Assembly: GCF_036321535.1 (NCBI RefSeq)
Contig: NC_087437.1
Location: forward strand, 17,796,001-17,860,000
Source of the DNA: Camelus dromedarius
Lineage: Eukaryota
Length of the DNA: 64,000 nt
Direction: 5' to 3'
In this document: in pieces, positions 1-12,518 of the stretch
Position numbering within the stretch: position 1 is the stretch's first letter
Layout of the letters: each line of letters opens with the position of its first letter
The notes under the pieces: model-generated
The model's database searches: none
Told to the model about the DNA's origin: nothing
The model's input: only the letters and a program-made list of their open reading frames with translations
Program-made: the position numbers and the translations under genes

Positions 1-94
1 GATTCTGCAGGAGGGGTTGTCACCATTGACCTAAAGGTACTGAGTCTTGCCCCTGGCCAGCAAGAACACTCCATTTCATTTGCATATGAGTATG

Positions 95-211
95 CTTATT
101 TTATAGAAAGGAAACTGAGGATCAGAGAGGTTGGGAAACTTGCCCAAGTTCATCAGCAGTGCAGAAGTCTAACCCAGGGAAAGCAGACTCCAAAATCCAA
201 CACCACATGCT
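95..211 (-). mobile_element. MIR SINE fragment
   Basis: Core ttttatagaaaggaaactgaggatcagagaggttgggaaacttgcccaag is the reverse complement of the MIR core. Confidence 0.8.
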
Positions 212-1131
212 ATTTCTCCCCTCCTCCAAATAAGAGGCAGAAATATGCTGAGGTTAAAAGTGATTAATAAGGCCTTTCCTTTTAACTTTAGCAGTCCCCG
301 GTCACTGTTAATGATTATTTCCTTGTCACTGGTTACTGGGACTCGAACTTCAACTTGCCTGCCCTTGGTCTGGGAGGAGACTTCTCTGGCTGAGCTGTTC
401 CTGCTATGTGACTGAACTTGAGTTTTTGTGACTCTTTTCCTAAACAGATTCTCCTCGGGGCCTTTCACCCTACTGGATGAGCTGCCTCAGTTGATCTTAG
501 TTTATAGCGTGCTGTTTTTACCTGGAGCTCCTAGCCTGCTCATCACTGTTTCTTTAACTGATTTGAATTCAGTCTTCACCCTGCTACTTCTGCCTGGTCC
601 AAAAAGAAGGCAAAGGAGAAGAGATTTCTGCCTGCTGCCTCCTGGAATTCGGCTACATCCTTCACTTCCTATTTGGACCTGCCTGTTGGGACCACGGCTT
701 TACAAGGGCCACCAGCCTTGCTCTGACCTCCACCTACACACTTTCCTCTCTTACACACAGTTAGTCATGAATTGGGTTCTTATTGCTTTGAGCATGGTAC
801 GTTTCTGCTTCTGCAGGCTGTTCCAGTCCAGTGCTTAAAGAGGTCAAGTTTGTTTTCTTCCTTGTTTTTTTGTTTTTTTTTTTTTTACAGTATAGATCAG
901 AACATCATGAGAATTAGCCTAAGCTTTGGAGTTCTCTGATGGCTATGAGATGGAAGGAGAGACCACCATTCCACAAGGCAGTAAATTCATAAGTCTGGAG
1001 TCTATTTGTACTTCTGTAATAAGTCCAAAGAAATCTATTTGCCTTAAAACATTTTTTCTTTAAGCCAAGAATTCCACTAAATAAATGGTCATGCATTTAA
1101 ATATCTGGGTGTCATACTTCCCAGGGAGAGG

Positions 1132-1548
1132 TGTATTAGGTTAGGCTAGTTTATACATCAGTAACAAAAACAGCAAAAGCTTAGTGGTTCCTAATAGTAA
1201 ATGTCTTTTTCACGCTCCTTCTGCACTGCAGGTCCAGTGCAGGGTGGCTGGGGACTCTGCACCATGAATCCTCACCTCAGGGTCCAAGCTGATGGAATAC
1301 CCAACGTCTTGAATGTTGCTGGTAGTCACCTTGAAGGAAAAGAGAGCTCTGGAAAATCGTGCCTTGGTTCTTGAAATTTCTCCCTAAAAGTGTGATATGT
1401 CACTTCCATGTCCATCTGCATTTTATTACCCAAAGGAAATCATTTGGCTACAACTAACTTCAAGGGGAAGGGGAGTACAATTCTATCATGTGCCTGGAAG
1501 TGAGGAGAACCAGAAATATTTGGTGAAATGCACCAGTAATTACCACTA
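1132..1548 (-). mobile_element. Ancient ERVL/MaLR-type solo LTR (MLT1K/L- or LTR33-like)
   Basis: Begins tgtattaggttaggct...cagtaacaaaaac...cttagtgg and contains gtcacttcc, ctaacttcaagggg and gagaaccagaaatatttggtga, which are typical of old MaLR/ERVL LTRs in reverse orientation. Subfamily uncertain. Confidence 0.7.
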
Positions 1549-1741
1549 GAGGCTGGCATAAGAGTTAATACCTATAGACAGTGCAAAGGGTCTTACATTG
1601 GTGAAAAAATGAAAGTGATGAGCATTTTCGAGTTAGAAATAAATAGTAGACTCTGAATCAGTAAGCATCTAATTGTTCTCCACTACCTTTCACCTGTAAG
1701 CTCCTTGAGATTAGGGATTTTATCTAAATATCCTCACTGTG

Positions 1742-2405
1742 TTTTTTTTTAATTGAAGTATAGTCAGTTTACAATGCTGTGTCAATTTCTGGTGTACAGC
1801 GTTAACAGTTCGGACATACGTATATACATGTATATTTGTTTTCATATTCTTTTTCATTATAGGTTACAAGATATTGAATATAGTTCCCTGTGCTATACAG
1901 TATAAACTTGTTTATCTATTTTATATATAGTAGTTACTATCTGAAAATCTTGAACTTGCAATTTATCCCATTCAACTCCCTTCTCCCCTGGTAACCATAA
2001 ATTGTTTTCTGTTTCTGTGAGTTTGTTTCTATTTTGTAAATAAGTTCGTTTGTCTTTTTTTTTTTTTTTTTTTTAGATTCCACATATAAGTGCTATCATA
2101 TGGTATTTTTCCTTTCTCTTTCTGGCTTACTTCACTTAGAATGATGATCTCTAGGTCCATCCATGTTGCTGCAAATGACATTTTATTCTTTTTATGGCTG
2201 AGTAGTATTCCACTGTATAAATATACCACAACATCTTGATCCAGTCATCTGTCAATGGACATTTCAGTTGCTTCCATGTCTTGGCTATTGTAAATAGTGC
2301 TGCTATGAACACTGGGGTGCATGTATCTTTTTGAATTAAAGTTCCCTCTGGATATATGCTCAGGAGTGGGATTGCTGGATCATATGGTAAGTCTATTTGT
2401 AGTCT
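1742..2405 (-). mobile_element. 5'-truncated L1 3' end, camelid/cetartiodactyl type (ORF2 C-terminus + 3'UTR + polyA)
   Basis: Poly-T at 1742, then aattgaagtatagtcagtttacaat. Minus-strand ORFs give [14 protein letters not shown]...DTCTPVFIAALFTIAKTWKQLKCPLTDDWIK and SFAATWMDLEIIILSEVSQKEK, the L1 ORF2 C-terminus. Confidence 0.95.
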
Positions 2406-2609
2406 GACATGACATATCCTAGTGGCTTTGGAATCAGATGGAGAAGGCTCCATGATTTATTTGTTATGTGAACCATTTGCTTTTTCTGCAGGAAAAAATG
2501 GATCATGCCATCCCTTAGTAATCTTCCAAAGCCTACAGTTGTATCCAGAGATTAATAGCTCTTTACTACTGAGTCTCCATGGATTCTAAGACTGGAAATC
2601 ATATAATTT

Positions 2610-3007
2610 GGGAAAGACTAGCTAGTTGTTAACACAACTATTTTCTCTTTTTTTGGACACAGCCAGACAATACACAGTTAGATGTGGCCATATGGCTATG
2701 TTCTAGAACTGAAATTTGAATGGAAGTGATGTGCATTTGGGCTGAACTGTTATATCCTCTGTGCTCTTTCTCCTACAAACCTAATACAGGCAAGCATTGG
2801 TGACCTTGGGAGCCATGTGTTGAGGATAGCAGAGCCACAAGATGGAAGGACCCTGGGTCCTTACCTCATTGCTTGGAAGAAAGCCACCTGCCAATCAGGA
2901 GGAGCCATTTTAGATTTTGCTTGAGCAAACAAGAAATGTCTTAACATGTTGGAACCATTATTCTTTTTGGTTTAATTATTACAGCAGTCAGCATTTCCTT
3001 TAATACA
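2610..3007 (+). mobile_element. MaLR LTR (MLT1J-like)
   Basis: Contains agttagatgtggccatatg, agccatgtgttgaggatagcagagccacaagatggaagga and ccctgggtcc, and ends ttattacagcagtcagcatttccttaataca (MLT1 3' terminus). Confidence 0.75.
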
Positions 3008-3569
3008 GAAGTCTTGCCAAGGTCTTGGTGAATGAGTAGAGAGTCCTCTGGGAAACAATCTGCATGCAGATTTTGGCAGAAGGTTCCAGAAGAAAAGAAT
3101 GGTAGGAGAGAAGGGCTAAAAGAACATATGTTCTCTTCCGGATACTGAGATCCAGAGCCAACGCCACCCCCCTGGGGGGAGCTGACACTCTGAGGTGAGG
3201 AGTGGGATTCTCGTTGCGTCTGTGTGAACAGGGAGTCTTAGGCTCTCTGGGGAACCCCAGTGCCTCGTGATGGTGAGCTGACAGCAGTGTGCAGGTGCGC
3301 AATAGTCACACCTAAAGAAAGGCATTTGGGCCCTCAAAATTTTCTCTGCCACATGCTGGACATCTCCACTATTAGTTTCTTTGGGCTTTAGCAGTGATTC
3401 CAGAAGATTCTGTTACATTAGATGTAAATTATCAAACATCGTAACTAATAAACCCAGAGCATGGTTTGACTAACAGCCATGAACTAGGAGGGGGCTGGGC
3501 TCAGCCATACACCTGGGAACCTGTTTCAGTCCCGTCCTAACCAATGTGATGTGCTACTTTGAGCAAGTC

Positions 3570-3850
3570 CTTGGTGCCATTTTCCAATGTCCTCCATTCA
3601 TTCCATTGTTTCTTTCAAGACTCAGCTCAGCCATCACCTCTGTCTGGAGGTCTGTCCTGGCTTAAGCACCCTGTCCCCCTCCTCCACGCTCCCACAGAGA
3701 AGCCTTGGCCCTGCAGCACCACGACTGTGTCTCCCCAGCTGGACGGGAGGTTCTCCAGGGCAGGACCTATGTCTCAGTCACTGCTGGATCCCCAGCACGT
3801 GGCCCAGGGTCCAGCACACCAAAGTGTTTTATACGCTAGATACTTACTTT
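3570..3850 (+). mobile_element. L2 3' fragment
   Basis: ttctttcaagactcagctcagccatcacctctgtctggagg...ttctccagggcaggacctatgtctcagtcactgctggatccccagcac resembles the L2 3' end. Confidence 0.6.
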
Positions 3851-4929
3851 GCTGGGAGGTTGGTGTTCCCCATAAAGGAGAGATCAGGGCACCCTTCATC
3901 CCAAAAGACAGAATCTGAGCTGGGGCCTTAAGGAAGGCAGGAGAGGAACGGAGAGAAATTCCAAGCCTAGGGGGCCATGTGAGCAGGGCTTAGGAATGGT
4001 TCTGGAATAGCCGTTACAGGGAGGCAGATTGGGCTAGACGTCCCTTGTATCTTGCGTAATGGAGGCCAGAAGCCTTTCTCTGTAGACACTAGGGAGAGAT
4101 GGGTGGGAACAAGATTCTGCACTATTGCCCCCAGGAATGCCACCACCCCTGGAGCAGTCTGGCTGCTGTCCTGCGGCCTGGGCTGTCATCACAAATGCTG
4201 ATGGCCAGGGGATGAAATAAATAAATAAAGCTATATTAATATCAGCTCCATTAGAAACACAGGAAATAAATTAATGTTGGCCAAATGGGAAAAGAAAAAA
4301 ATCAATACAGAAAGAAATATTATTTTTAATCTTCTGAGAAGGTTTTTTTATAAACAACAGAAAGAGAAAAAAATAAAAACCATGAAAAAGGATCTGCCAT
4401 CATCCTTTTAACCTTTATTTATTATCACTCATTCTACATCATCCCAACCTGCATGATAATTTAAAATTTCATTTTAATTTCAATGTATCATGTAATTCAA
4501 CGTAGCCTTTTACAGCTTTTTTTTTTAACTGAAAACTTTTAAAATGTCTCAAAAGGAAATACAACCAAAGGGAAGGGGGTTGAGAAGTCCTGTAACCTTC
4601 TAGAGTACTCATTTAATTTCTGAGATTAAAAGGTCTGTGCAAAAATATGATAACACCAAAAATAACAAACACGACCAGCATGAACGTTCCTTAGCGACGC
4701 GCCGAACCGTGTGGAGTGGCTGCTGCCGGGCTGTTCTGTGTCCTTCTGGCTTTTATTGAATTCAAATTATTTTAGACTCTGGGCCATTTTGGTTGTTTGA
4801 GGAGAATTATTTCTTCATTCGTTTCTACCAGGTTTGATCCTTTCTGAGACGGTGACTCCTCCTTTCCTGGGATTTGTCCTGTAGCTCTCACCAGAGAGGT
4901 TTCTAGAGTTTCGGAAAATACTCATATCA

Positions 4930-5160
4930 GTAGCCAGCATTTAGTGAGCACATATTCTGTGCTGAACATAGTCAAGGGTTGTGTGTTTTGCTACCTAATT
5001 CTCACTGCCCAATGAGGTAGGGGGTTCTTATTGTCCGCATTTTACAGATAAGAAAATGGAAGCTCAGAGAGGTTAAATAAACTCCAGAGGTCACACAGCT
5101 AGAGAGTAGTAGAGATTTGAGCCCAAGCCCAGCAGCGGTCCAAAGCTACACTTTTAGAAC
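4930..5160 (-). mobile_element. MIR SINE
   Basis: cattttacagataagaaaatggaagctcagagaggttaaataactccagaggtcacacagctag. Confidence 0.85.
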
Positions 5161-7064
5161 CATCAGAGGGGGCTGACTAGTTGGGGGAACCAGGGAGGTC
5201 CTGGGCTTCCTTCTTCCCAACACCTCACCCAGGCTTCTGCACTAGAAATGCAACTCCCTCCACCATGGTTCATGGAAGATTGCTTTTCTAAGCAAATAAC
5301 AGACTGAGAGGAAGCATACTGGATGTGACCCCCGGCTGTGGAGTTAGACTGGACCTGTGACATGGTCAGTCAGTCCTTCACTTTGCCCTGCGTTCTCTGT
5401 CCTGGGCTTGCAGTCCTGGTCTTGGCCCTGGGCTTGTTCTCTTATTGGCTGTGGGCAAATCTGGTCTGTGGTTGCTGATGTCAGAAAGGTGTGCTGCCAG
5501 GCTGAGCAGATCATCTTGACTGTTGATTGTGTTCACTCATTTCTTCATTCAAGCACTGTGCCAGTCAGGATAGGTCAGGTGATGTGGAATAACTAACAAA
5601 CCACTCCCCAGAGCTTGGGGGTTTAAAGGAGCGCACATCTCTTTTTCCCTAACACGTGTCCACTGCGAGCTGTCACAGGACTTGTGCTCAGGTCCCATCT
5701 TGGCACGGGTTTCCCTGACCTCTGCAGCAGGGGGACGGGAACACCACGAACCATGCACTGGCTCTTTAAGGTTCTATTTGAAAGTGTTAGGTGTTACTTC
5801 TACTTAAATCTTATTGGCCAAAGCGAGCCGTGTAGCAAATGTATCTGGAATGACGTGAACTGGGGTATCTGTGAATAGCCCTGCTGGCAGCCAGGACGCT
5901 ATTCTAGGCACTGTTTACCCTCTGGAAAGTCTTTATTCTAGTGGGCCAGGCAGGGAATGAATCTGTGAGTAATACTGAGAAGAATTAAGTGCTAAGAAAA
6001 ATTAAAGCAGCAGAACAGTAGAGAGTGATGGAGGCAATGAGGGGAGAAAGCGTTTTTTTGATAAGATGGTTAGGAAAGACCTCTCTGAGGATCCATATGG
6101 AAGACATGGTTACAAGGAGTGAGCCCAGCCCTGTGGAATCTGTTTACAGTGCCGAGAGCCACCCCTACATTTGATTGCCACAATTTTTCTCCCTAATCAT
6201 GCCTGAAAAATAAATTTCTTGCTTAAAAAAATTATTTTAAAAACTCCAGAACATTAATTTGCTTAATGCTGCACTGTCACAGATGATGTGTTGTGCCTGA
6301 CGCTTTGGCACAAGAGGTGGGCAGAAGGGGCCTCATAAATTTGTGTCAAGCTTCATCGACAGTGACGTTTGTCAGGGGCTGCTTATGTGACAGCCACAAA
6401 ACACCTGATTGTATACCTAGAATTACCTATTATGGCAGAGAAGCTCACGCCTCTATCTGCCATCAGTGATTTGTATATTTCAGCCGAAATGAGCACGAAA
6501 CAAATCTGGAAGGAAGTAGATATCTAAATTAGTTCTCTGACCAACCTTTCCCAGTGAAACAGGCAACTTTGCTGAAAGTTTCTGTATGGCAAGTTTGCTT
6601 GGAGTATTTGTTTGCTGTTTCTATTCCTTTTTCTGCCCAGACCCAAGCCCTTCGTCTCAGTTAAACCCCGGGGAGGGACCCATTTCAGGCATTGCCGATG
6701 AATTTCAATTGGAGAGGATTCATTTCTTTTATTTCTGAATCTACCCCAAATTGGAGTTCAGGCCTGAAGACCAAAAAAGAGGAATAGAGGAGGAATATTT
6801 GCACAAAACTCAAATTGACATTTTCCCAGATTTAAACCCTAATTATTATGGAAACAAAAACAATGCATTAAAATAATGCAGAATAAGAAAGGCAGGAAAT
6901 TTATAACCCTGATACCTTCAGAAACACACTGTAATGATGCAGTGCTTATTTTATTTTTAAATTTGATTTTTTTGAATAGGTAATATCTTTACATGTTTTA
7001 AAAATAAAAAATATATTTGTATGTATCTGGAGCAATAACAATTTCAGATACTTAAAACAATTTT

Positions 7065-8405
7065 TTTTTTATTTTGGAATTATTTTATATTTCTAGAAGA
7101 GTTGCAAAGAGTACAGAGTTTGTACATACCGTTCATCCAGCTTTCCCAAATACTGGGGAATATTAACATCTTATATAACCACAGTACGTGTGTCGAAACT
7201 AAGAAATTAACATTGGTTCAATGCTATTGATGAAATATAGACTTTATTCAGATTTCATCAGGTTTTCCACTAGTGCCCTTTTGTCTATTTCGGGATCCAG
7301 TCCAGAATACGACATGGCATTTAGTCATAATATCTCTTTAGTTTCCTCTGATCTGTGACAGTTTCTCAGTATTTCTTTGTTTGCCATGACCTTGGCAGTT
7401 TTGAAGAACACTGGTTTTATATTTTGTAATGTCCCTCATTTGGGGTCTGCCTGATGTTTTCTTGTCATCAGACTGGTGTTATGGGTGTGGGGGTAGAATC
7501 CCCAGAGATGAAGCGCCCTGTCTATTGCAGAGCACCTAACATCTTAACATCCATTTTTTGCTTAAGGTGTGTCTGTTGCCTCTCGGGTTTCTCTTCTGTG
7601 AACTTATTATCTTTTCCTTTCCATATTCCATCCTTTGGACATAGATCATTGAGTCCAGCCCCAACTCTCGGAGAGGAGACATGTATTACTTAAATTTCTT
7701 TTGTAAGGGAAACTTGATCATTATCCCCCCATTTGTTTATTTATTCAATCATTTGTTTGCATCAATTTGGACTCATAGATATTTATTTTATTCTTTGGAT
7801 TATAATCCAATACGATTGTAATTAATTTTGTTGTTCAACCAGAGCAACAAGCAAAGCTTATTGTTCCAGCTTTGACGTTTGGGAGATTTTTCTGGTTGGC
7901 TCCTTGCTCCTTTTGATATAATGGCATCTTTTGCTTCATCTTTTTCCCTAGGCCTACTAGGGGACTGAACTAGGAAATAGACGTGTGCATCCTAACCCAT
8001 GCATATGCACAAATCTCTCTCTTAAACAAGACTTCACACTGGTAACCTCAAACTCAGCACCGCAGAATCCACTCCAGGTTCCCTGCTTTTTTGTTTGTGA
8101 TCCTTTCCATGACAGTGAGAAAACTGGCTCCTATTATGTACTTAATTTTCAATCCTGGCATACATGTAGTTTCATGACTGCTAACCCATACACCTAGGAG
8201 AAATAGATGTATCAGCTTTACGGATGGTACTTTTTGTCCCTAGCCTTTTGATCCAGCCTAGACACCGTTTGCCAGAACTACTCAGGTCAGCTCCTTTTCA
8301 CCACATGCCCTTCCGTGAGCCTATGTCAAACACAGGTCATACAGTTAGATTCATTTGTCTCGGTCCGTATCCTACCCTGGATTCCCCCAACACCTTAATT
8401 GGTTA
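7065..8405 (-). mobile_element. Old L1 (L1MC/L1MD-like) 3'UTR fragment
   Basis: ttttggaattattttatatttctagaagagttgcaaaga...ttaacatcttatataaccacagtac...aaactaagaaattaacattgg...gggatccagtccagaatac matches eutherian-wide L1MC-type 3'UTR in antisense. Confidence 0.8.
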
Positions 8406-8865
8406 TTTTTTTAAAATTCAAGTATAATCAGTTTACAATGTGGTGTTAATTCTGGTGTACAGCATAGAGATTCAGTTATATATATGTATATATTATTTTT
8501 CGTTATAGGCTATTACAAGGTATTTATTATAGTTCCCTGTGCTCTACAGTAGGACCTTACTGTTTATCTACTTTATATATAGTATTTAGTATCGCAAAAC
8601 CCGAACTCCCAGTTTATCCCTTCACACCCCCTCTCTTCCCCTGGTAATCATTAATTTGTTCTCTATGTCTATGAGTATGTTTCTATTTTGCAAATAAGTT
8701 CATTTATATCATTTTTTTTAGATTCCACATGTAAGTGATATCATATGGTGTATTTCTTTCTCTTTCTGGCTTACTTCACTTAGAATGACCATCTCCAGAT
8801 CCATCTGTTTTGTTGCAAATGGCATTATTTCATTCTTTTTTAATGGTTGGGTAGTATTCCACTGT
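8406..8865 (-). mobile_element. 5'-truncated L1 3' end (cetartiodactyl type)
   Basis: ttttttaaaattcaagtataatcagtttacaatg...agattccacatgtaagtgatatcatatgg...tggcttacttcacttagaatg. Homologous to the 1742 copy. Confidence 0.9.
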
Positions 8866-8869
8866 CTGT

Positions 8870-8896
8870 GTATACATATATATTAAAATATATATA

Positions 8897-8930
<34 letters not shown>
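8870..8930. repeat. Interrupted (TA)n microsatellite
   Basis: Direct observation of tatata runs. Confidence 0.9.
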
Positions 8931-8935
<5 letters not shown>

Positions 8936-9067
8936 AGCTCAAATATGTAAAGAATGGGGCCTAGAACATAGGAAGAACTCCAAAGAAGTTAGTTGCTATT
9001 ATTACTATTATTATTGTTATTATTACTAATCTATAACTGAGTATCCTCATTAAAAATGAACAAATTC

Positions 9068-9767
9068 TTTTTTTTAACATTTTTTAATTGAGTTATACTC
9101 ATTTTACAATGCTGTGTCAAATTCCAGTGTAGAGCACGATTTTTCAGTTATACATGAACTTGCATATATTCATTGTCACATTTTTTTCTCTGTGAGCTGC
9201 CATAAGATCTTATATGTATTTCCCTGCACTATACAGTATAATCTTGTTTATCTGTTCTGCATATGCCTGTCAGTATCTACAAATTTTGAACTCCCAGTCT
9301 GTCCCTTCCCATACCCCTCCCCCTTGGCAACCACAGTTTGTATTCTATGTCTATGAGTCTGTTTCTGTTTTGTATTTATGTTCATTTTTTTTTTTAAGAT
9401 TCCACATATGCACAATCTCATATGGTATTTTTCTTTCTCTTTCTGGCTTACTTCACTTAGAATGACATCCTCCAGGGACATCCATATTGCTGTAAATGGC
9501 ATTATATTGTCAGTTTTTGTGGCTGAATAGTATTCCATTGTATAAATATACCACATCTTCTTTATCTAGTCATCTGTCGATAGACATTTAGGCTGTTTCC
9601 ATGTCTTGGCTATTGTAAATAGTGCTGCTATGAACATTGGGGTGCAGGTGTCATTTTGAAGTAGGGCTCATTCTGAATATATGCCCAGGAGTGGGGTTCC
9701 TGGGTCATATGGTAAGTCTATTCCTAGTCTTTTGAGGACTCTCCATATAGTTTTCCACAGTGGCTGT
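9068..9767 (-). mobile_element. Young camelid-type L1 3' end
   Basis: Poly-T, then aacattttttaattgagttatactcattttacaatgctgtgtcaaattccagtgtagagcac. ORF 9248-9556(-) MWYIYTMEYYSATKTDNIMPFTAIWMSLEDVILSEVSQKEKEKYHM is the L1 ORF2 C-terminus. Confidence 0.95.
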
Positions 9768-12467
9768 AATGAGAGATTTGACAGGACTTTGAGATCAGTT
9801 ATCTACAGAGGACTGAGGACAGAAAGTAGTAGAGAAAGTGACAACCAGTGTGCCTTCTTGGGTCAACTACTGGATGGTGGAATCACTCCTGGACTCCCTT
9901 GGAGGTAGGGGTGGAAGAATGAGTTCAGGTATGCAAATGTGCCCTGTGCACACACCACCCCCTCACTAATCGCTACACTACTGACGTTAAAATGGGAAAC
10001 ACAGAATTGAAAGTGACAAAGGGGGCTGTATGGGTGCTTGAAATGAACAAAATGAAAGCTGCATCTTCCCAAGGAGGTTCCGATTGAGATTAAGGCCAGG
10101 AAAGGAACTATGTGTATAGCCATGGGGCTGTGGGATGACCTAGACCTTCTTTGTCCTCAGTCACCTTTGATTAGCATGACCTTTTCCCTGCATTGATGAC
10201 CTTCAATAGATAAAATGTTTGTGGATATAACGCCACTACCTGTTGCCCACAGGAGATGCCCTCTGAGTCTCCAACATCCCTTGGGTGATGATATTGTCAG
10301 AGGGGCAGCTGGTCCAGACTACAGGTGCAGCCAGAGGCCTTGGCGCAAAAGGAAACTGAACAGCCCCCATGAGAACAGAGGCCCTGTGACCTTCACTTGT
10401 TACTGGAGCTCTGCTCAATGGAGCGAACCAGCCGCACCTGGCACAGGGCACTTCCCCGTCTAGTAACGAAAAAATTACTAATATACATAATAAAATATAA
10501 TAAACAACTTGAAAATAAATAATACACCAAAACAAAATATTAAAAGAGTCTGTTTTCGTGGAATAATGTGCCCTGTGATGTAATGTTAAAATTAAAATGC
10601 TAAATTCATTTAGAGGGAAGGCTATATGCTTATAAAAAGGTAACTCAGAGCACAGAGGTTAACAGAATGTGGATTTTGTCCTGGCACCTTTTTGAGGGGC
10701 ACAGGAAGCTCTTTAATCATGCTGGGTGTCCCTCTTGCTTGTCACTGCACACAAGCATCACAAGGGCAGGTGGGACCCGGGCTGCACTTCGCACTGCTGT
10801 GACTATAACAGGACAGCTTTACGGTAAGCGCGGGGGCACGTCAATTACATTGCGTATCTTGCTTCAAGCTGCAGATGAGAGAAATCCTCTAATCTCACTC
10901 AGTTTTAATCCTGGATTAAGGCAGATTTGTTAATAAAACACTAGTAAAATCAAGACTAGTTTGCAATTATCTTCAACTTCTATTACATACGTTTTATGGT
11001 TTTAAACACACACACAGATGAAGTGAAGTATGTTTTAAATTCCCGGCACCTTTGAAGAAAGAGTCCAGGAAAATTAAAGAGTTTCAGTGATAAAGTGACT
11101 GCCAGAAAACACAAGGAAGAGATGGGAAGAGAGATGAGAATGGTTTGATTTGGATAATATTCTCAATTTTTATCTAACAAGCCAATCCAAATCAGAAAGA
11201 CGACTGCAACAGTGCAGACATGGGGGGTAACAGTGAGTTGCTGAGATGCCTGGAGTGTGTGTTGAGCCCAGAGTCTCCCCCACCAAAGGGAGAGTCGCTT
11301 TAGCTACGCAGGCAGTTGTTTCTCAGGCCGGGCAGGGAGCAGAAGCTGCCCCGACCCAGCAGCTCGCACAAGAGACTCAGCTGGAAATGGCATCACATAC
11401 CTGGTGAGTCTGCGAAACCCTGAAAGGGACAGCCCCCATTACACGGTGCTGAGCGGGGTTCTCCACAGTCAACAGCTCCGGGGTTGCCTCAACTGGAGGC
11501 CTCTTTTCTCATCTCTAGAATCTGGGCTGTTGGTGGTGCCAAGACAGCACAGACTGGAGTACAAGGCAGCCCTGCTCCTCTGAACCCCCGGGAGGGAACT
11601 TGGGTGGCACCTGTCCCTGAGAACGAGTCACTTGCTGAACACACTTTTTGTGTAAACTTGTCCACGTTCGTTTCAGCCTTTCTTCACACTTAATTGTGCA
11701 CTTTTTCTTCTCCTTCCTGCAGATCTATTATTCTGATTAGATGAGTTTAGATCACTTGCCTTCCCCTGGCCAAAGTGGCCGGAGGAACATAACAGGCTGC
11801 TTTTCTTAGGGTTGGAGATGGGAGGGGTCACATTCAGATCACTGGCCTGAGAAAGGAGGAGGGAGCTCCCTGAATGAACAGAAGAAGGTGGAATGGATTC
11901 TGGGGAGGCAAACATCAAAAGCTGGGTATCCACACCAGAGAGGATTATACAGTTAGCATAGGGCTGGTATAGAGAAGGTGTCGTGTGTGATTTTGTTGAG
12001 CTGGACTTTGGGGTCCACGACTGAAAGCACAAATACTCACAGGCTTCTTAAGATGCAGGCTGCTTTTAGAAGCTTGTCTAGGGTGAAAATTCAAAAGCCC
12101 TAGTGACCATGGGTCCTGGAAAACCCTTTTCAGGGAAGAAAGCCAGGATTCAGCAGGTGGAGGACTCTAGAAGAATTTTAATTCTCTTCTAGATTATCAA
12201 ATAGAGAGATGACCTGACTTCTGCATGCATCAGATAAGAATCTGGAGCCCAGGATCTTCCACAGAAGATTCCTCCTCCTCTGAGCCTCTGAAAGTCTGTT
12301 CTGGCTGAGATTTTTAGGGGCCCTGGCTTAGAGACAGGCAGGGTGGGCTTTAAGAGGTAAATTGTGGTTAGCACTTGAGCTCTGGTCCAGTTGACCTTAA
12401 ATAGGTTTTTATAGGTGCACATAAAGTACTCCAATTGCCCCCATACACCTATAAGTGGATTTGCACA

Positions 12468-12518
12468 TGTGTGCGTGTGTATGCAGACACACACACACAC
12501 ACACACACGAACACACAC
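12468..12518. repeat. Compound (TG)/(CA)n microsatellite
   Basis: tgtgtgcgtgtgtatgcagacacacacacacacacacacacacgaacacacac. Confidence 0.85.

Noticed and set aside
1221..1242. Perfect 8-bp hairpin ctgcactg-caggtc-cagtgcag
   Set aside because: Several stems of this length are expected by chance in 64 kb, and it lies inside an old LTR.
3158..3182. CTCF-like G/C-rich motif cgccaccccccctgggggga
   Set aside because: Does not align to the CTCF core without several mismatches at key positions.
11225..11410. Good splice-donor-like sequence (cctg/gtgagt at ~11403) suggesting an exon
   Set aside because: No supporting acceptor, reading frame or partner exons; such 9-mers occur by chance in 64 kb.
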